64,000 bases of DNA from Planktothricoides raciborskii GIHE-MW2 (GCF_040564635.1 NZ_CP159837.1:163801-227800); one strand, 5' to 3'. Counted from the stretch's first letter, positions 41,891-54,154 are shown. Notes: generated by a model not told the origin, from the letters alone. Program-made: numbers and translations.

Positions 41891-42439
41891 CTACAAAATA
41901 CTAGACCTAACTTGGTAAATTGCCAATAAATCATTTTTAATATCCACCCAAACTTCTAAGGATTTCAAATAAGCTTTTGTCGCGGCAATTTGCTGGGATA
42001 AATCATAATATTCTTGCTGAGATTTGGCTGAATTAAGCTGTAAATGGGTTTCTAACTCCCAGACAAATAACTGAGCTTGGACAGGTTCAATATTTTTCGT
42101 GTCCAACAAGCCACTAATGAGATAATCCATCCATAAATATACTTGTTCCGGGTTGAGTTTACCCGATCGCGTTTGAATCATGGCAATAACATCACTCACT
42201 GGTCGAAAATCCCGGTTTTCCAATCTTTGTTTAATCTGGCGGTTTTCGGCGGCCAATTTTTCCTGACATTGCCGTTTAAACTCTGGTTTTTTTTTCACTT
42301 GATCGGTATCTGCCTTAATTTGCTGAATTTGCTGCTTAATGGCATCTATTCTTGTTTTTGCGGCGGATTTGCCCTGATTTGGAGGCGAATCTTGCCCTTG
42401 TTGTTGCCAATACTTTTCGCGTCGTTTTGCTTCTCCCAT
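41891..42439 (-). CDS. Hypothetical coiled-coil protein (182 aa)
   Basis: Intact ORF, K/Q/E-rich, no recognisable family. Confidence 0.4.
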   Translation of the reverse strand: MGEAKRREKYWQQQGQDSPPNQGKSAAKTRIDAIKQQIQQIKADTDQVKKKPEFKRQCQEKLAAENRQIKQRLENRDFRPVSDVIAMIQTRSGKLNPEQVYLWMDYLISGLLDTKNIEPVQAQLFVWELETHLQLNSAKSQQEYYDLSQQIAATKAYLKSLEVWVDIKNDLLAIYQVRSSIL

Positions 42440-42761
42440 GATTTTAATTATCCTATGCTACTACAATAACGATCATACCTAATTATGTCAAATTTTACTT
42501 TTTATTCAAAAAAATATTTTATCAAAAAAAAGTAAATTATTTTTATTGATAAACAAACAACAATAACGTATTTTTATGTTATTAATTAACCTTGGGTAGA
42601 TTAATCGATTTTTTTGTTTGACGAATCCGGGCTAATCATGTCTAGGTTTTAAACATCCTAGGCATGGTGAATACTAACCATAAATTATCCAGATAGAAAT
42701 ATTTGTTAACTTTTGTTACAGTGGTATGCAGTCAAACAAAAAAACGCTTTTTTACTGATTT

Positions 42762-43889
42762 ATGGTTTATCCGGCTTATACCCCCCCTTGGTTTCTCAAG
42801 AACGGACTGTTAATGACACTATATAGCTTTTTTTACGCCAGTCAAGTGTGGGAAAAGTTTACCGTTGACCCTCAACCCCCTTATGAAGAAAAAATTTTTA
42901 TGGGTGCAGAGGATGTGCCCATTTTTGGCTGGGTAGCTATTCCCGAAAACCCACGGGGGACGATCGTTGGTACTTACGGTATTACGGGAAATTTAGAAGA
43001 CCAATGGTTTTTGCAAGTGCTGGGACGTAAGGCATTTGCCCGGGGATATGCGGTGGTTTTATTTGATTGGAGAGCCCACGGCAAAACTGCCGAACTTTCC
43101 CCAACTTTAACGTCCGATGGTTTATATGAAGGCGAAGATTTTGTCAGAATTGCCGCCCAAGCTAAGGCAATTGGTTGTCCCGGAAAGTTTTGGTTTACGG
43201 GCTATTCTTTGGGTGGACATTTGGCACTTTGGGGTCTGAAAGCAGGGCAATTTTTGTCAAAAGCAGCGCGAAATTTGGGACTGCGATCGCGTGATATTGG
43301 GGGTGGGGCGGTGATTTGCCCTAATTTAGATTCTAATCGTTCTCTTGCTTATTTAGTTAATCACCCTTTGGGGCGATATTTAGAACAAGAAGTTGCCAAA
43401 AATTTGAAAACAATGGCCTGGGAAATTTACGGTTATCATCCTAATGATATAGATCCGGCAGCAATTGAACGGGCTAATAGTATTTGGGGCTTTGATCGCG
43501 AATTGGTGATTCCCCGTTTAGGGTTTAATTCCGTTGAGGAGTATTATGATGCTAGTTGTCCTTTGGTTCACGTTTTACCGGAGTTAAATAAGCCCACGTT
43601 AATTATTTACGCGGAAGATGATCCGATGTTTTATCCCGGTTTAGTTTCCGAGTTAAAGGCTATTTCAGAGAAAAATTCAGCGATTGATTTAATTTCTACG
43701 GAATTTGGCGGTCATTTGGGATATTTTAGTAGTAAAAATTGCCAAAAACAAGCCGGTGATGTTGACCATTGGTGGGCTTGGAATCGGATGTTAGATTGGT
43801 GCGATTCGCGTAGCGATCCCTCTGGGAATCGCCAAACTTTGACTATTCCCGAAAAGTCATCGGAGTTGGTGGCTATGCAGGGGCGATAG
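42762..43889 (+). CDS. Alpha/beta-fold hydrolase, YheT-like family
   Basis: N-terminal PPWFLKNGLLMTLY (compare PWWLRNGHLQT), nucleophile elbow GYSLGGH, and a C-terminal His region. Confidence 0.7.
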   Translation: MVYPAYTPPWFLKNGLLMTLYSFFYASQVWEKFTVDPQPPYEEKIFMGAEDVPIFGWVAIPENPRGTIVGTYGITGNLEDQWFLQVLGRKAFARGYAVVLFDWRAHGKTAELSPTLTSDGLYEGEDFVRIAAQAKAIGCPGKFWFTGYSLGGHLALWGLKAGQFLSKAARNLGLRSRDIGGGAVICPNLDSNRSLAYLVNHPLGRYLEQEVAKNLKTMAWEIYGYHPNDIDPAAIERANSIWGFDRELVIPRLGFNSVEEYYDASCPLVHVLPELNKPTLIIYAEDDPMFYPGLVSELKAISEKNSAIDLISTEFGGHLGYFSSKNCQKQAGDVDHWWAWNRMLDWCDSRSDPSGNRQTLTIPEKSSELVAMQGR

Positions 43890-44212
43890 TCTCGGCATAA
43901 TATCCCTAATATTGCTTAATATTGCTTAATCTTGAGATAGATTAGCAGCGATATTAGCAGCGATATATTTATCGTGGGGTAAGGGCAAACCATTCGCGGC
44001 GTAAATTCTGCGAGAATACGATATGTTTAGCGCAGGTTAAGGGCGAAGCATTCGCGGCGTAAATTCTCCTAAAAATCAATATATTATATGCGCGAATGCT
44101 TCGCCCCTACAGTGATTTTGGTTAATTGTAGCTATGATAGCGGCGTCAAAAATAACCATGATGCGTCATTCCTATATAATTATCTAGATTCCATTAGATT
44201 GTTTTCCAGCTT

Positions 44213-44767
44213 ATGTTAAAGCTATATGGCGGTGCTCGCAGTCGGGCTTCAATTGTGCAGTGGTATCTAGAGGAACTTGGGGTTCCTTATGAATTTGTGC
44301 TGCTGGATATGCAAGCAAAAGAACATTTGCAACCAGAGTATTTGGCGATTAATCCCATTGGCAAAGTCCCCGCGATCGTAGATGGAGACTTTAAACTCTG
44401 GGAGTCTGGGGCAATTTTATTGTATTTAGCCCAAAAATACGGCAATCTGTCCACCCCAGAAGATTTGGCCGTGATGAACCAGTGGATCTCTTTTGCTAAT
44501 GCCACTTTCGGCCCTGGGGTGTTTGTGGAAGCCAGCCGCGATCGCGAACTGCCCCGGTTAATGAGTGGCCTCAACCAAATCTTTGAAACACAGCAGTTTT
44601 TGGTTGGGGATGACTTTACCGTAGCAGATGTGGCCGTGGGCGCTATGTTAGCCTACACCCTTATGATGATTAAACCAGACTTAAGCCCATATCCCGCCGT
44701 CCTCGCTTATGTTGGCCGGATCCAGCAACGGTCTGGGTTCCAGAAGACAATCGGCAATCGCGGTTAA
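44213..44767 (+). CDS. Glutathione S-transferase
   Basis: N-terminal thioredoxin-like GST domain MLKLYGGARSRASIVQWYLEELGVPYEFVLLDM...INPIGKVPAIVDGDFKLWESGAILLYLAQKYG. Confidence 0.8.
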   Translation: MLKLYGGARSRASIVQWYLEELGVPYEFVLLDMQAKEHLQPEYLAINPIGKVPAIVDGDFKLWESGAILLYLAQKYGNLSTPEDLAVMNQWISFANATFGPGVFVEASRDRELPRLMSGLNQIFETQQFLVGDDFTVADVAVGAMLAYTLMMIKPDLSPYPAVLAYVGRIQQRSGFQKTIGNRG

Positions 44768-44957
44768 TCTCTGACACTTATATATTCATTTCAATTGCGA
44801 TTGAGACGAAACATCAGGGGCGCAAGCCGCCGCGCCCCTACATAATCTGCTGATTTGCTTCTTTGGGCGCGGCGGCTTGCGCCCCTACATAATTGTACTA
44901 ATTTTAATTGAAATAGCTATATATAGACGTAGCCGCACATATATAGACGACAAAAAA

Positions 44958-44990
44958 AGGGTGCCTATTTTTAGGCACCCCGATCGATAT
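44958..44990 (-). terminator. Rho-independent terminator of psbK
   Basis: On the minus strand: GGGGTGCCTAAAAATAGGCACCC followed by TTTTTTTG, 17 bp after the psbK stop. Confidence 0.7.
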
Positions 44991-45006
44991 TAAACAGACT
45001 AGGAAT

Positions 45007-45144
45007 TTATTTGAAACCAACGGCGGCTTGCCAAACGAAAGCCAGCAAGAGGAAAAATACGGGGATAATCGGTAATACATCAACCAGTGGGTCAAAGATT
45101 TGATACGCTTCTGGCAGTTTCGCCAACAGCATTGCTGCTTCCAT
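45007..45144 (-). CDS. psbK: Photosystem II reaction-centre protein K precursor (45 aa)
   Basis: Manual translation gives [45 protein letters not shown], the canonical PsbK propeptide plus mature sequence. It is below the 60-aa cutoff of the supplied ORF track. Confidence 0.9.
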   Translation of the reverse strand: MEAAMLLAKLPEAYQIFDPLVDVLPIIPVFFLLLAFVWQAAVGFK

Positions 45145-45222
45145 TTAGATACCTACCTCTTGAACAAGATTTTAATAATTGAGATAGATTTTAACATGAT
45201 GTTGCCCGTTTCTCCGTTTCCG

Positions 45223-46482
<1,260 letters not shown>

Positions 46483-46516
46483 TCACGAAACAATCAATTA
46501 TAGCCGATACTTGGGC

Positions 46517-46969
46517 TTAAAATGGCAAAAATTCATCATCATCTTGTTCGGCATCCAGCTTGGCTGTGAGCAGTTCCGCTACCATTGTTTCCAGGTCTAG
46601 GTTATCTTCAGCCCTAGAGCATTCTTGTTTCAGGGGGTTGGATAAAGGAGTCAGGCGCAGCAGCAGTCCCTCTTGCACCAAATCAAAATAAGCTTCCGCC
46701 TTAGCAGACTGTTTTAGTTCCAAATAATCAAAACTATAAACATTGATATACACCGCATGATTGGCGATTAAGGTCGATCGCTGCGGGTCGGCAAACACAT
46801 CCAGGATATATCCTTCTCCTTGACTTTTTAGTTCGCCATCTTGCCAATGAATATATTGGACATGAGTCAAGTCCGACAAAAGTCTGATGATATCCTGCTT
46901 GTTAACTAAGATGCCAGTGTCGATTAAACACGGTGCAGGCACCGTATCATTGGATCGGTTGTAAATCAT
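46517..46969 (-). CDS. Hypothetical protein (150 aa)
   Basis: Intact ORF, acidic C-terminus, no recognisable family. Confidence 0.4.
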   Translation of the reverse strand: MIYNRSNDTVPAPCLIDTGILVNKQDIIRLLSDLTHVQYIHWQDGELKSQGEGYILDVFADPQRSTLIANHAVYINVYSFDYLELKQSAKAEAYFDLVQEGLLLRLTPLSNPLKQECSRAEDNLDLETMVAELLTAKLDAEQDDDEFLPF

Positions 46970-47134
46970 GGATATATTACCTATTAATCTTCAACAAGAT
47001 TTCCGGTGGCGCATTTAAGGACAGTTTACAGGCTGCCTGCGCGTCATCGTCTGCATAGTCTTCTCGATAGATACAATTCTGGCATAAACGAGAATTTTAG
47101 ACATCAGTAAAATAGCTGATCGAGCATAATTTAT

Positions 47135-47926
47135 ATGAAAGATTATCCACAAATAGCTAAAACCCTTGAATTCGTGCGTCATCAAGGCTCAATTGTGGCG
47201 GCGGCGATCGCCTTTTATACTTGCTTACCCGTCCCCATGTCCTGGACTCTCGAATTTCGCGGCATTGCCCGGTTTGCCCCTTTAATCGGCGTGGCGATCG
47301 GGGCGATCGTTGGCCTACTTGACGCCTGGTTGCAATTATTAGAAATGCCCGTATTAACACGGAGTGCTTTAGTAGTTATCTGTTGGATTTGGATTACGGG
47401 AGGTTTACATTTAGATGGGGTGATGGATATGGCTGATGGCTTGGCGGTGTCTGACCCCAAACGACGCCTGGAAGTGATGGCCGATAGTCTGACTGGGGCT
47501 TTTGGGGTGATGGCCGCGATCGCCGTTGTCCTCTTAAAAACCGCCGCCCTCTCCGAATTGTCAGAATATCGGGGTCTCGCAATTATGGCCGCTGCCGGTT
47601 GGGGTCGTTGGGGGCAACTGGTCGCCATTGTTCGCTACCCCTACATCAAAGCCACCGGCAAAGGCGCCATTCACAAAGAAGAAATTTATCGCCCCATCGA
47701 TTTGCTGCCCGGATTTTTGCTCCTGCTAAGTTTAAGCCTCGTGCAACTCATGGTCGATCCGAGCCACTGGATCCTGGCGATCGGTATGGCTATGGGCGGC
47801 AGTGCGATCGCCATCCTCAAAGGCGCCTGGATTAACCATAAAATTGGCGGTCACACCGGAGACACCTACGGCGCCGTAGTCGAATGGACTGAAGCCCTAC
47901 TACTTTGTGTCTTGACCAGCTTATAA
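47135..47926 (+). CDS. cobS: Adenosylcobinamide-GDP ribazoletransferase (cobalamin synthase)
   Basis: Polytopic membrane protein with CobS motifs ...[15 protein letters not shown]... and ...[10 protein letters not shown]. Confidence 0.8.
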   Translation: MKDYPQIAKTLEFVRHQGSIVAAAIAFYTCLPVPMSWTLEFRGIARFAPLIGVAIGAIVGLLDAWLQLLEMPVLTRSALVVICWIWITGGLHLDGVMDMADGLAVSDPKRRLEVMADSLTGAFGVMAAIAVVLLKTAALSELSEYRGLAIMAAAGWGRWGQLVAIVRYPYIKATGKGAIHKEEIYRPIDLLPGFLLLLSLSLVQLMVDPSHWILAIGMAMGGSAIAILKGAWINHKIGGHTGDTYGAVVEWTEALLLCVLTSL

Positions 47927-47929
47927 ACT

Positions 47930-48200
47930 TGGGGTGTGGGGTGTAGGGTGTGGGGTGTGGGGAAGAGTGAATAGTGAATAGTGAATAGTGAATAGTGAAT
48001 AGTCAATAGTGACAATTCTTTTGTACGGACGTCCTTGCGGAGGCCATGCCGTCAGGCTATATGGCCATTCGCCCCTACGACTTTTGTACGGGCGAATGGC
48101 CAGAAAGCCCCTACGACTTTTAACTTCTCCCCCGCACCGGAAGCCCCGGAAGCCCCGGAAGCCCCGGAAGCCCCGGAAGCCCCACCACATACCGTCACTC
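47930..48200. repeat. Microsatellite cluster: (GGGGTGT)n, (GAATAGT)x6, composite repeat element, (GGAAGCCCC)x5
   Basis: Seen directly. Confidence 0.9.
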
Positions 48201-48325
48201 AAAAAATTGCTGTACAATTACTTCTAATAGGTAAACTGGTTATTAATCTCCTTATTGGGTTGCATCTAACGGACGCAAACAAATCGTAACTTAAACCTAA
48301 CTTAGACCTAACTAATCTTTCTCCA

Positions 48326-51300
48326 ATGGAGAATAAAACGATGATAAACATTCCTGGATACCAAATTCTTGCTCGCATTTATGAAAGCGCAAACTCATTA
48401 GTCTATCGAGGGCGTCGGCAAGAAGACAATCAACCTGTGATTGTTAAAGTTCTTAAGCAAGAATACCCCACAGAAGAACAGGTACAGCGATATCAACAAG
48501 AATATGAAATTATTCGCCAACTGAATCTTGAGGGAATTGTTCGCGCCTACGAGTTACAACAATATCAAAATCAATGGGTAATGATTCTGGAAGATTTTGG
48601 TGGAGAATCTTTAAGAATTTTAATGGAATCCCAACAATTGACCTTAGTCGGTTTTCTCACCTTAGCTATTAAAATTATTAAAAATCTAGGTATAATTCAC
48701 GCCAAAAACATTATTCATAAAGATATAAATCCCGCTAATATTGTCTTAAATCCCGTCACGGGACAAGTCAAAATTATTGACTTTACCATCGCCACCACGG
48801 TAAACCACGAAATTCACCCCACAAAAAAATCGGCTTTAGAAGGAACATTTGCTTATATTTCTCCCGAACAAACAGGTCGAATTAACTCTCTGATTGACTA
48901 TCGCACGGACTTTTATTCCCTGGGAGTAACTTTATATGAACTCCTCACCAAAACCCTGCCTTTTGATGCCACGGATCCAATGGAATTAATCCATTGTCAT
49001 TTGGCGAAAGAACCCATCCCTCCCCACGCTAAAAAACCGGAAATTCCGGAAATTATTTCAGAAATTATTCTCAAATTACTAGCCAAAACTCCTGAAGACC
49101 GATATCAAAGTGCTTGGGGTTTACAAGCAGACTTAGAAAATTGTTTAACCCAACTCCAAGAAACGGGAAAAATTGCGCCATTTAAATTGGGCAGTGAAGA
49201 TATTTCTGATCGCTTTAAAATTCCCGAAAAACTTTATGGCCGCGACCAAGATATTGCCGACTTACTCGCCGCATTTAAACGAGTGAGTCAGGGGGCGACA
49301 GAAATGATTTTAGTGGCCGGATATTCAGGAATTGGCAAGTCTGCCTTAATTCGGGAAATTCATCAGCCCGTTGTTCAATTAGGCGGATATTTTATTTCCG
49401 GGAAATTTGATCAATTCCAGCGCGGCACTCCTTACTCGGCAGTAGTATCAGCTTTTTCTGAGTTGGTCAGCTTGTTGTTAAGTCAAAGCGAGGAAGTCCT
49501 GGAAAAATGGCGAGAAAAACTCTTAGGGGTATTGGGAAATAATGCTCAAATTATTATTGATGTAATTCCCGAAATTGAGTTTATTATCGGCCCACAGCCT
49601 GCGGTGCCAGTTCTCAAACCCGCCGAAGCCCAAAATCGCTTTAATTTAGTGTTTCAAAACTTTATTCATGTCTTTTGCTCAAAAGAGCATCCCTTGGTAA
49701 TTTTTTGGGATGATTTACAATGGGCTGACTCCGCGAGTTTGAAGTTAATTAAGCTGATGATGAGCGACGATCGCACCAAATATCTCTGCTTGATTGGGGC
49801 CTATCGGGATAATGAAGTCAGTTCGACTCATCCTTTAATGATGACTATTGATATGTTGCGTCACGAACAGGCGATCATTATTCAGCATCATTTATCTCCC
49901 TTAAACCTAGAACAAATTACTCAATTCATTGCAGACACTTTACATAAACAGCCTGAATTACTCGAATCTTTAGCCCAGTTGGTCTTACGCAAAACCCAGG
50001 GCAACCCATTTTTTGTGGCGGAATTCCTCAAAACCTTATATCAAGAAAAATTGCTCACCTTTAAACCTCTTTACGCCGACGATAAAGGGGGTTGGCAATG
50101 GAATATCCGGGAAATTGAAGCGGTGGGAATTACGGATAATGTAGTGGAGTTAATGATTCAAAAACTCCAAAAACTGCCTGAAGGTACTCAACAAGTTTTA
50201 CGCCTGGGGGCTTGTCTAGGCAACCAATTTGATTTAAACACCATATCTTTAATTCATGGCAAAGAAGCCGTGGGGACTTTCCATGACCTTTGGCCTGGGA
50301 TTAAAGAAGATTTAATTCAGCCAATTTCTGATTTACAGTTTACTCAAGAACAACTGTTTAATTTTCCTTTGTTAGTGCTCAATTATCAGTTTTTGCACGA
50401 CCGGGTGCAGCAAGCGGCTTATGCCTTAATTGATGATTCCCAGAAAAAAGCGGTGCATCTACAAATTGGCCGAATGTTTTTGATGAATACTCCCGTAGAA
50501 TATCGCCTCGATCGCGCCTTTGAACTGGTGGATCATCTGAATGTGGGTCGCGAGTTAATCACCGCAACAGAGGAAAAACTGGAATTAGCGGCTTTAAATT
50601 TAACAGCGGCGAAAAAAGCCAAAGATGCCACCGCTTACCAAGCGGCAAAAGATTACTTAAGTGCCGGGGTTGAGTTATTGCCAGGAAATACCTGGCACGA
50701 ACACTATGATTTAACTTTTGCTTTATATAAGAACTTAGCAGAAATTGAGTATTTAAGCGGGGATTTTATCACATCAGAACACTATATTAACCAAACCTTA
50801 GCCCAAGCTAAGTCAGTGATGGAAAAGGCTGAGGTATATAATCTCCTAGTGGTACAATACAGCTTACAGGCTAAGTATCAACAAGCGGTAGATGCGGGGA
50901 TAGAAGCCCTGAAATTGTTGGGGGTGGAACTGCCTCAAGAGAATTTTCCAGAGGCGATCGCCGCTGAATTTGCCGCCGCCAAACAACAGTGGGAAAATCG
51001 GCAAATTAGCTCGATTCTCCATGAACCAGAAATGACCAGTACAGAGAAAAAAATTGCCTTAAAAGTATTAACAAATTTGGGCGCACCAACCTATTTAACT
51101 AACCTGCAACTCTGGACAATTATTTTTGTCCGAGGAGTGAATATATCCCTAGCTTATGGCAGCACCCCAGAATCTTGTATCTGTCTGACCAACTATGGCA
51201 TTATGCTCGTTTCTGTGTTTGGAGATTATCAATCGGCATACCAGTTTGGTCAACTTGCTATGGGCTTAATTGATAAATGGGATGCGCGAGATTTAAAATG

Positions 51301-53767
51301 TAAAGCAGCGACAGGGTTAGCCAATAGTGTCTTGTATTGGTTTAATCATATTAAAGAGTGTAATTTGATGAACTATGAAGCCTATCAAGCTGCCCTAGAA
51401 TGTGGGGACTTAGAATATGCTGGCTATGCCCTACATAATACCGCCTGCAATGCGTTTTTTCAAGGAAAAAATCTCAATCATTTGCTGGCAGAAGTTCCCC
51501 GGTATTTAGAACTGACGAAAAAGACCCAAAATCAGCTATCTACCGATTTACTCCAAGGACTGGATCTATGTTTGTGGAATCTAACCAAACTGACTCCAGA
51601 GTTCTTATCCTTTGCCACCAATCAACTGAATGAAGCTGACTACATAGCCACTTGTGAGGCGCATCAAAATATTTATGCTCTCTGTATTTATCAGATTAGA
51701 AAATTACAAATTTTCTACCTTTATGGCGATTTAAATGCTGCCTGGGATTGCGCCAATTCTATCGAACCATTGCTACCTTATGTTCAGGGACTATTACCCT
51801 TCGCTGATTATACGTTTTACTCGGCGATGACTTGGGCTGGTTTGTATTGCCAATTATCCCCAAATGATCGGCCAGAATATTTAGCCAAGTTACAAGACGC
51901 TTTGGCAAATCTACAACTGTGGCAAACCAATTGTGCCGAAAATTTCCAGCATCAATATTTGCTGTTGCAAGCCGAAATATATCGGATTACCGCCAAACAC
52001 CTGGAGGCGATCGCAGCTTACGATAGCGCGATTAAATCTGCCCAAGAAAATGAGTTTATTCAACATCAAGCTTTAGCCAACGAATTGGCAGCGAAATTCT
52101 GGTTAAATCAGGGATATAAAAAATATGCTCAAAGTCATTTAGTTGAAGCTTACTATGGTTATCAACGTTGGGGGGCAAAACGTAAAGTTGAACAGTTAGA
52201 ACAAACTTATCCCCAGTTACCCAGTTTAACTCAAGTGGATAATCCTTTTAGTCCCTTGGTGACAACGGCGACTTTTACCTCTGGGAGTCGGGGTTCGGGA
52301 ATTTTAGATTTAGCTTCAGTGATTAAAGCTTATCAAGCGATTTCTAGTGAAATTGTCTTAGATAAGTTATTGGCGAATTTAATGAAAATTTTGATTGAAA
52401 ACGCGGGAGCACAAAAAGGCTGTTTGATTTTACATTCCCCCACAGAAGCAAGTCAAGTCAAATTTGCGATCGCCGTTGAAGCTTCCATTAGCCACGAAGA
52501 AGTCATCCTCGAAAATTATCCGACTAAATTATCACATATGCGGCGGATTTCCGAAGATACTTTACCGATCGCTGTAATCAACTACGTCGATCGCACTCGT
52601 TCTGATGTAGTCTTAAGCAATGCGGTCAAAGACAACCGATTTGCCACTGACAATTATATCATGGAGCATCAGATCAAATCTCTCCTCTGCACGCCGATTG
52701 TTAATGCTGGTCAATTGTTGGCGATTCTTTATTTAGAAAATAACTTAACTTCTGGGGCGTTTACTGCCGATCGCTTAGAACTTTTGCGACTGCTGTCTTC
52801 CCAAGCAGCGATTTCTTTGGAGAATGCTTTGTTATATGCTTCCGTAGAACAAAAAGTTCGGGAACGCACTCAAGAACTCAATGAAAAAAATCTCCACCTC
52901 AAAGAAACTCTGACTGAGTTGAGAAAAACCCAAGCCCACCTGATTCAAAGTGAAAAAATGTCCAGCCTGGGGCAATTAGTCGCGGGAGTTGCCCACGAAA
53001 TTAATAACCCAGTTAACTTTATTTACGGCAATCTTAATCCCACCCAAGAATATGTTGAAAATTTATTAAATTTAATCTCTCTTTATGAGGAACATTATCC
53101 CGAACCAGTACCAGAAATTGCCGATGAAATCGAGGCAATAGATTTAGAGTTTATCCGAGAGGATTTACAGAAGATTATCACGTCGATGAAAATTGGCGCT
53201 GAACGCATCCGGCAAATCGTCTTATCCCTGCGGAATTTCTCCCGCTTAGATGAAGCTGAGATGAAACCCGTAAATATTCACGAAGGCATCGAGTCTACTT
53301 TAATGATTTTACGACCTTTGTTGAAAGGAAAACCGGGCAGCTTTGAGGAAATTCAGGTAGGGAAAGAATATGGACAATTGCCCAAAGTTTCCTGTTACCC
53401 ATCTCAGCTTAATCAGGTGTTTATGAATATACTAAGTAATGCTTGTGATGCGTTGAGAATGAATCCCGGCCAAAATCAATCTGACTATATCCCGACGATT
53501 AGAATTCGCACAGAGGTGACAGATACCAACTTGGTGACAATTAGAATTGCTGATAATGGCAGTGGGATAGACAACAAAATCGTCAAAAAAATCTTCGATC
53601 CCTTTTTTACCACGAAACCCGTTGGGTCTGGGACGGGTTTAGGTCTGTCTATTAGTTATCAGATTATCGTGGAAGCACACCGAGGTAAAATTAACTGTGA
53701 TTCGACTCTCGGCAAAGGCACAGAGTTTATCATAGAAATTCCTATTGCCCATAAAAAAGGAATTTAG
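48326..53767 (+). CDS. HstK-type hybrid sensor: Ser/Thr protein-kinase domain, AAA/STAND-like NTPase, TPR-like helical region, GAF, HisKA, HATPase (1813 aa)
   Basis: Kinase subdomains VIVKVLK, HKDINPANIV, DFTIAT, and APE (YISPEQ). P-loop AGYSGIGKSAL. GAF at about 1290-1440. H-box AHEINNP. HATPase N/G-boxes at the C-terminus. Confidence 0.85.
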   Translation: MENKTMINIPGYQILARIYESANSLVYRGRRQEDNQPVIVKVLKQEYPTEEQVQRYQQEYEIIRQLNLEGIVRAYELQQYQNQWVMILEDFGGESLRILMESQQLTLVGFLTLAIKIIKNLGIIHAKNIIHKDINPANIVLNPVTGQVKIIDFTIATTVNHEIHPTKKSALEGTFAYISPEQTGRINSLIDYRTDFYSLGVTLYELLTKTLPFDATDPMELIHCHLAKEPIPPHAKKPEIPEIISEIILKLLAKTPEDRYQSAWGLQADLENCLTQLQETGKIAPFKLGSEDISDRFKIPEKLYGRDQDIADLLAAFKRVSQGATEMILVAGYSGIGKSALIREIHQPVVQLGGYFISGKFDQFQRGTPYSAVVSAFSELVSLLLSQSEEVLEKWREKLLGVLGNNAQIIIDVIPEIEFIIGPQPAVPVLKPAEAQNRFNLVFQNFIHVFCSKEHPLVIFWDDLQWADSASLKLIKLMMSDDRTKYLCLIGAYRDNEVSSTHPLMMTIDMLRHEQAIIIQHHLSPLNLEQITQFIADTLHKQPELLESLAQLVLRKTQGNPFFVAEFLKTLYQEKLLTFKPLYADDKGGWQWNIREIEAVGITDNVVELMIQKLQKLPEGTQQVLRLGACLGNQFDLNTISLIHGKEAVGTFHDLWPGIKEDLIQPISDLQFTQEQLFNFPLLVLNYQFLHDRVQQAAYALIDDSQKKAVHLQIGRMFLMNTPVEYRLDRAFELVDHLNVGRELITATEEKLELAALNLTAAKKAKDATAYQAAKDYLSAGVELLPGNTWHEHYDLTFALYKNLAEIEYLSGDFITSEHYINQTLAQAKSVMEKAEVYNLLVVQYSLQAKYQQAVDAGIEALKLLGVELPQENFPEAIAAEFAAAKQQWENRQISSILHEPEMTSTEKKIALKVLTNLGAPTYLTNLQLWTIIFVRGVNISLAYGSTPESCICLTNYGIMLVSVFGDYQSAYQFGQLAMGLIDKWDARDLKCKAATGLANSVLYWFNHIKECNLMNYEAYQAALECGDLEYAGYALHNTACNAFFQGKNLNHLLAEVPRYLELTKKTQNQLSTDLLQGLDLCLWNLTKLTPEFLSFATNQLNEADYIATCEAHQNIYALCIYQIRKLQIFYLYGDLNAAWDCANSIEPLLPYVQGLLPFADYTFYSAMTWAGLYCQLSPNDRPEYLAKLQDALANLQLWQTNCAENFQHQYLLLQAEIYRITAKHLEAIAAYDSAIKSAQENEFIQHQALANELAAKFWLNQGYKKYAQSHLVEAYYGYQRWGAKRKVEQLEQTYPQLPSLTQVDNPFSPLVTTATFTSGSRGSGILDLASVIKAYQAISSEIVLDKLLANLMKILIENAGAQKGCLILHSPTEASQVKFAIAVEASISHEEVILENYPTKLSHMRRISEDTLPIAVINYVDRTRSDVVLSNAVKDNRFATDNYIMEHQIKSLLCTPIVNAGQLLAILYLENNLTSGAFTADRLELLRLLSSQAAISLENALLYASVEQKVRERTQELNEKNLHLKETLTELRKTQAHLIQSEKMSSLGQLVAGVAHEINNPVNFIYGNLNPTQEYVENLLNLISLYEEHYPEPVPEIADEIEAIDLEFIREDLQKIITSMKIGAERIRQIVLSLRNFSRLDEAEMKPVNIHEGIESTLMILRPLLKGKPGSFEEIQVGKEYGQLPKVSCYPSQLNQVFMNILSNACDALRMNPGQNQSDYIPTIRIRTEVTDTNLVTIRIADNGSGIDNKIVKKIFDPFFTTKPVGSGTGLGLSISYQIIVEAHRGKINCDSTLGKGTEFIIEIPIAHKKGI

Positions 53768-53867
53768 AATCATGGATATTGCATTTATGATGTTTTTACC
53801 GATATGGTGACTATGGGTAAACTTTTGTTTTTCTTCCAGTTTTATCCCTCCAGTTTTATCCATTAAA

Positions 53868-54095
53868 GTGATTGATATGTTAAATCATCTTCAGCTAGTC
53901 ATGTTAAGCGGCAAAGGTGGGGTAGGAAAAACCACCGTTGCGGCATCTCTGGGTTGGGGTTTATCTCAACGTTATCCAGATAAAAAGATTAGAATTATTT
54001 CCATGCGGCATAAAGGTTATCCGTTTTATGCCAAAACTATCGCCGCGTCTCGTCCCACCCTACGAATGCTTATTCGGGCAGTTAATTCTCGATGA
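53868..54095 (+). pseudogene. N-terminal fragment of a ParA/ArsA/Mrp-like P-loop ATPase, truncated by a repeat insertion
   Basis: LSGKGGVGKTTVAASLGWGLSQ is a deviant Walker A. After about 45 aa the reading frame enters the TATGCCAAAA.TATCGCCGCGTCT.....CCCACCCTACG plus GGGCAGTTAATTCTCGATGAATTTTCACCAC repeat, which also occurs at 56895 and 63030-63200. Confidence 0.6.
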
Positions 54096-54154
54096 ATTTT
54101 CACCACCAAGACACAAAGGATTTTTAGAGGTATTTTTTAGGTAAATGGCGCAAA

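Noticed and set aside
41607-41891. 95-codon N-terminal extension of mutL (MIVDCWLLFVVCC...)
   Set aside because: It reads through the composite repeat element and the (AACAAAC)n microsatellite. The conserved MutL sequence starts at MTPTIQTLPPEVVNLIAAGEV (41606).
47157-47835. Antisense and alternative-frame ORFs within cobS
   Set aside because: They are Arg/Pro-rich translations of a GC-rich coding region. cobS is the supported gene.
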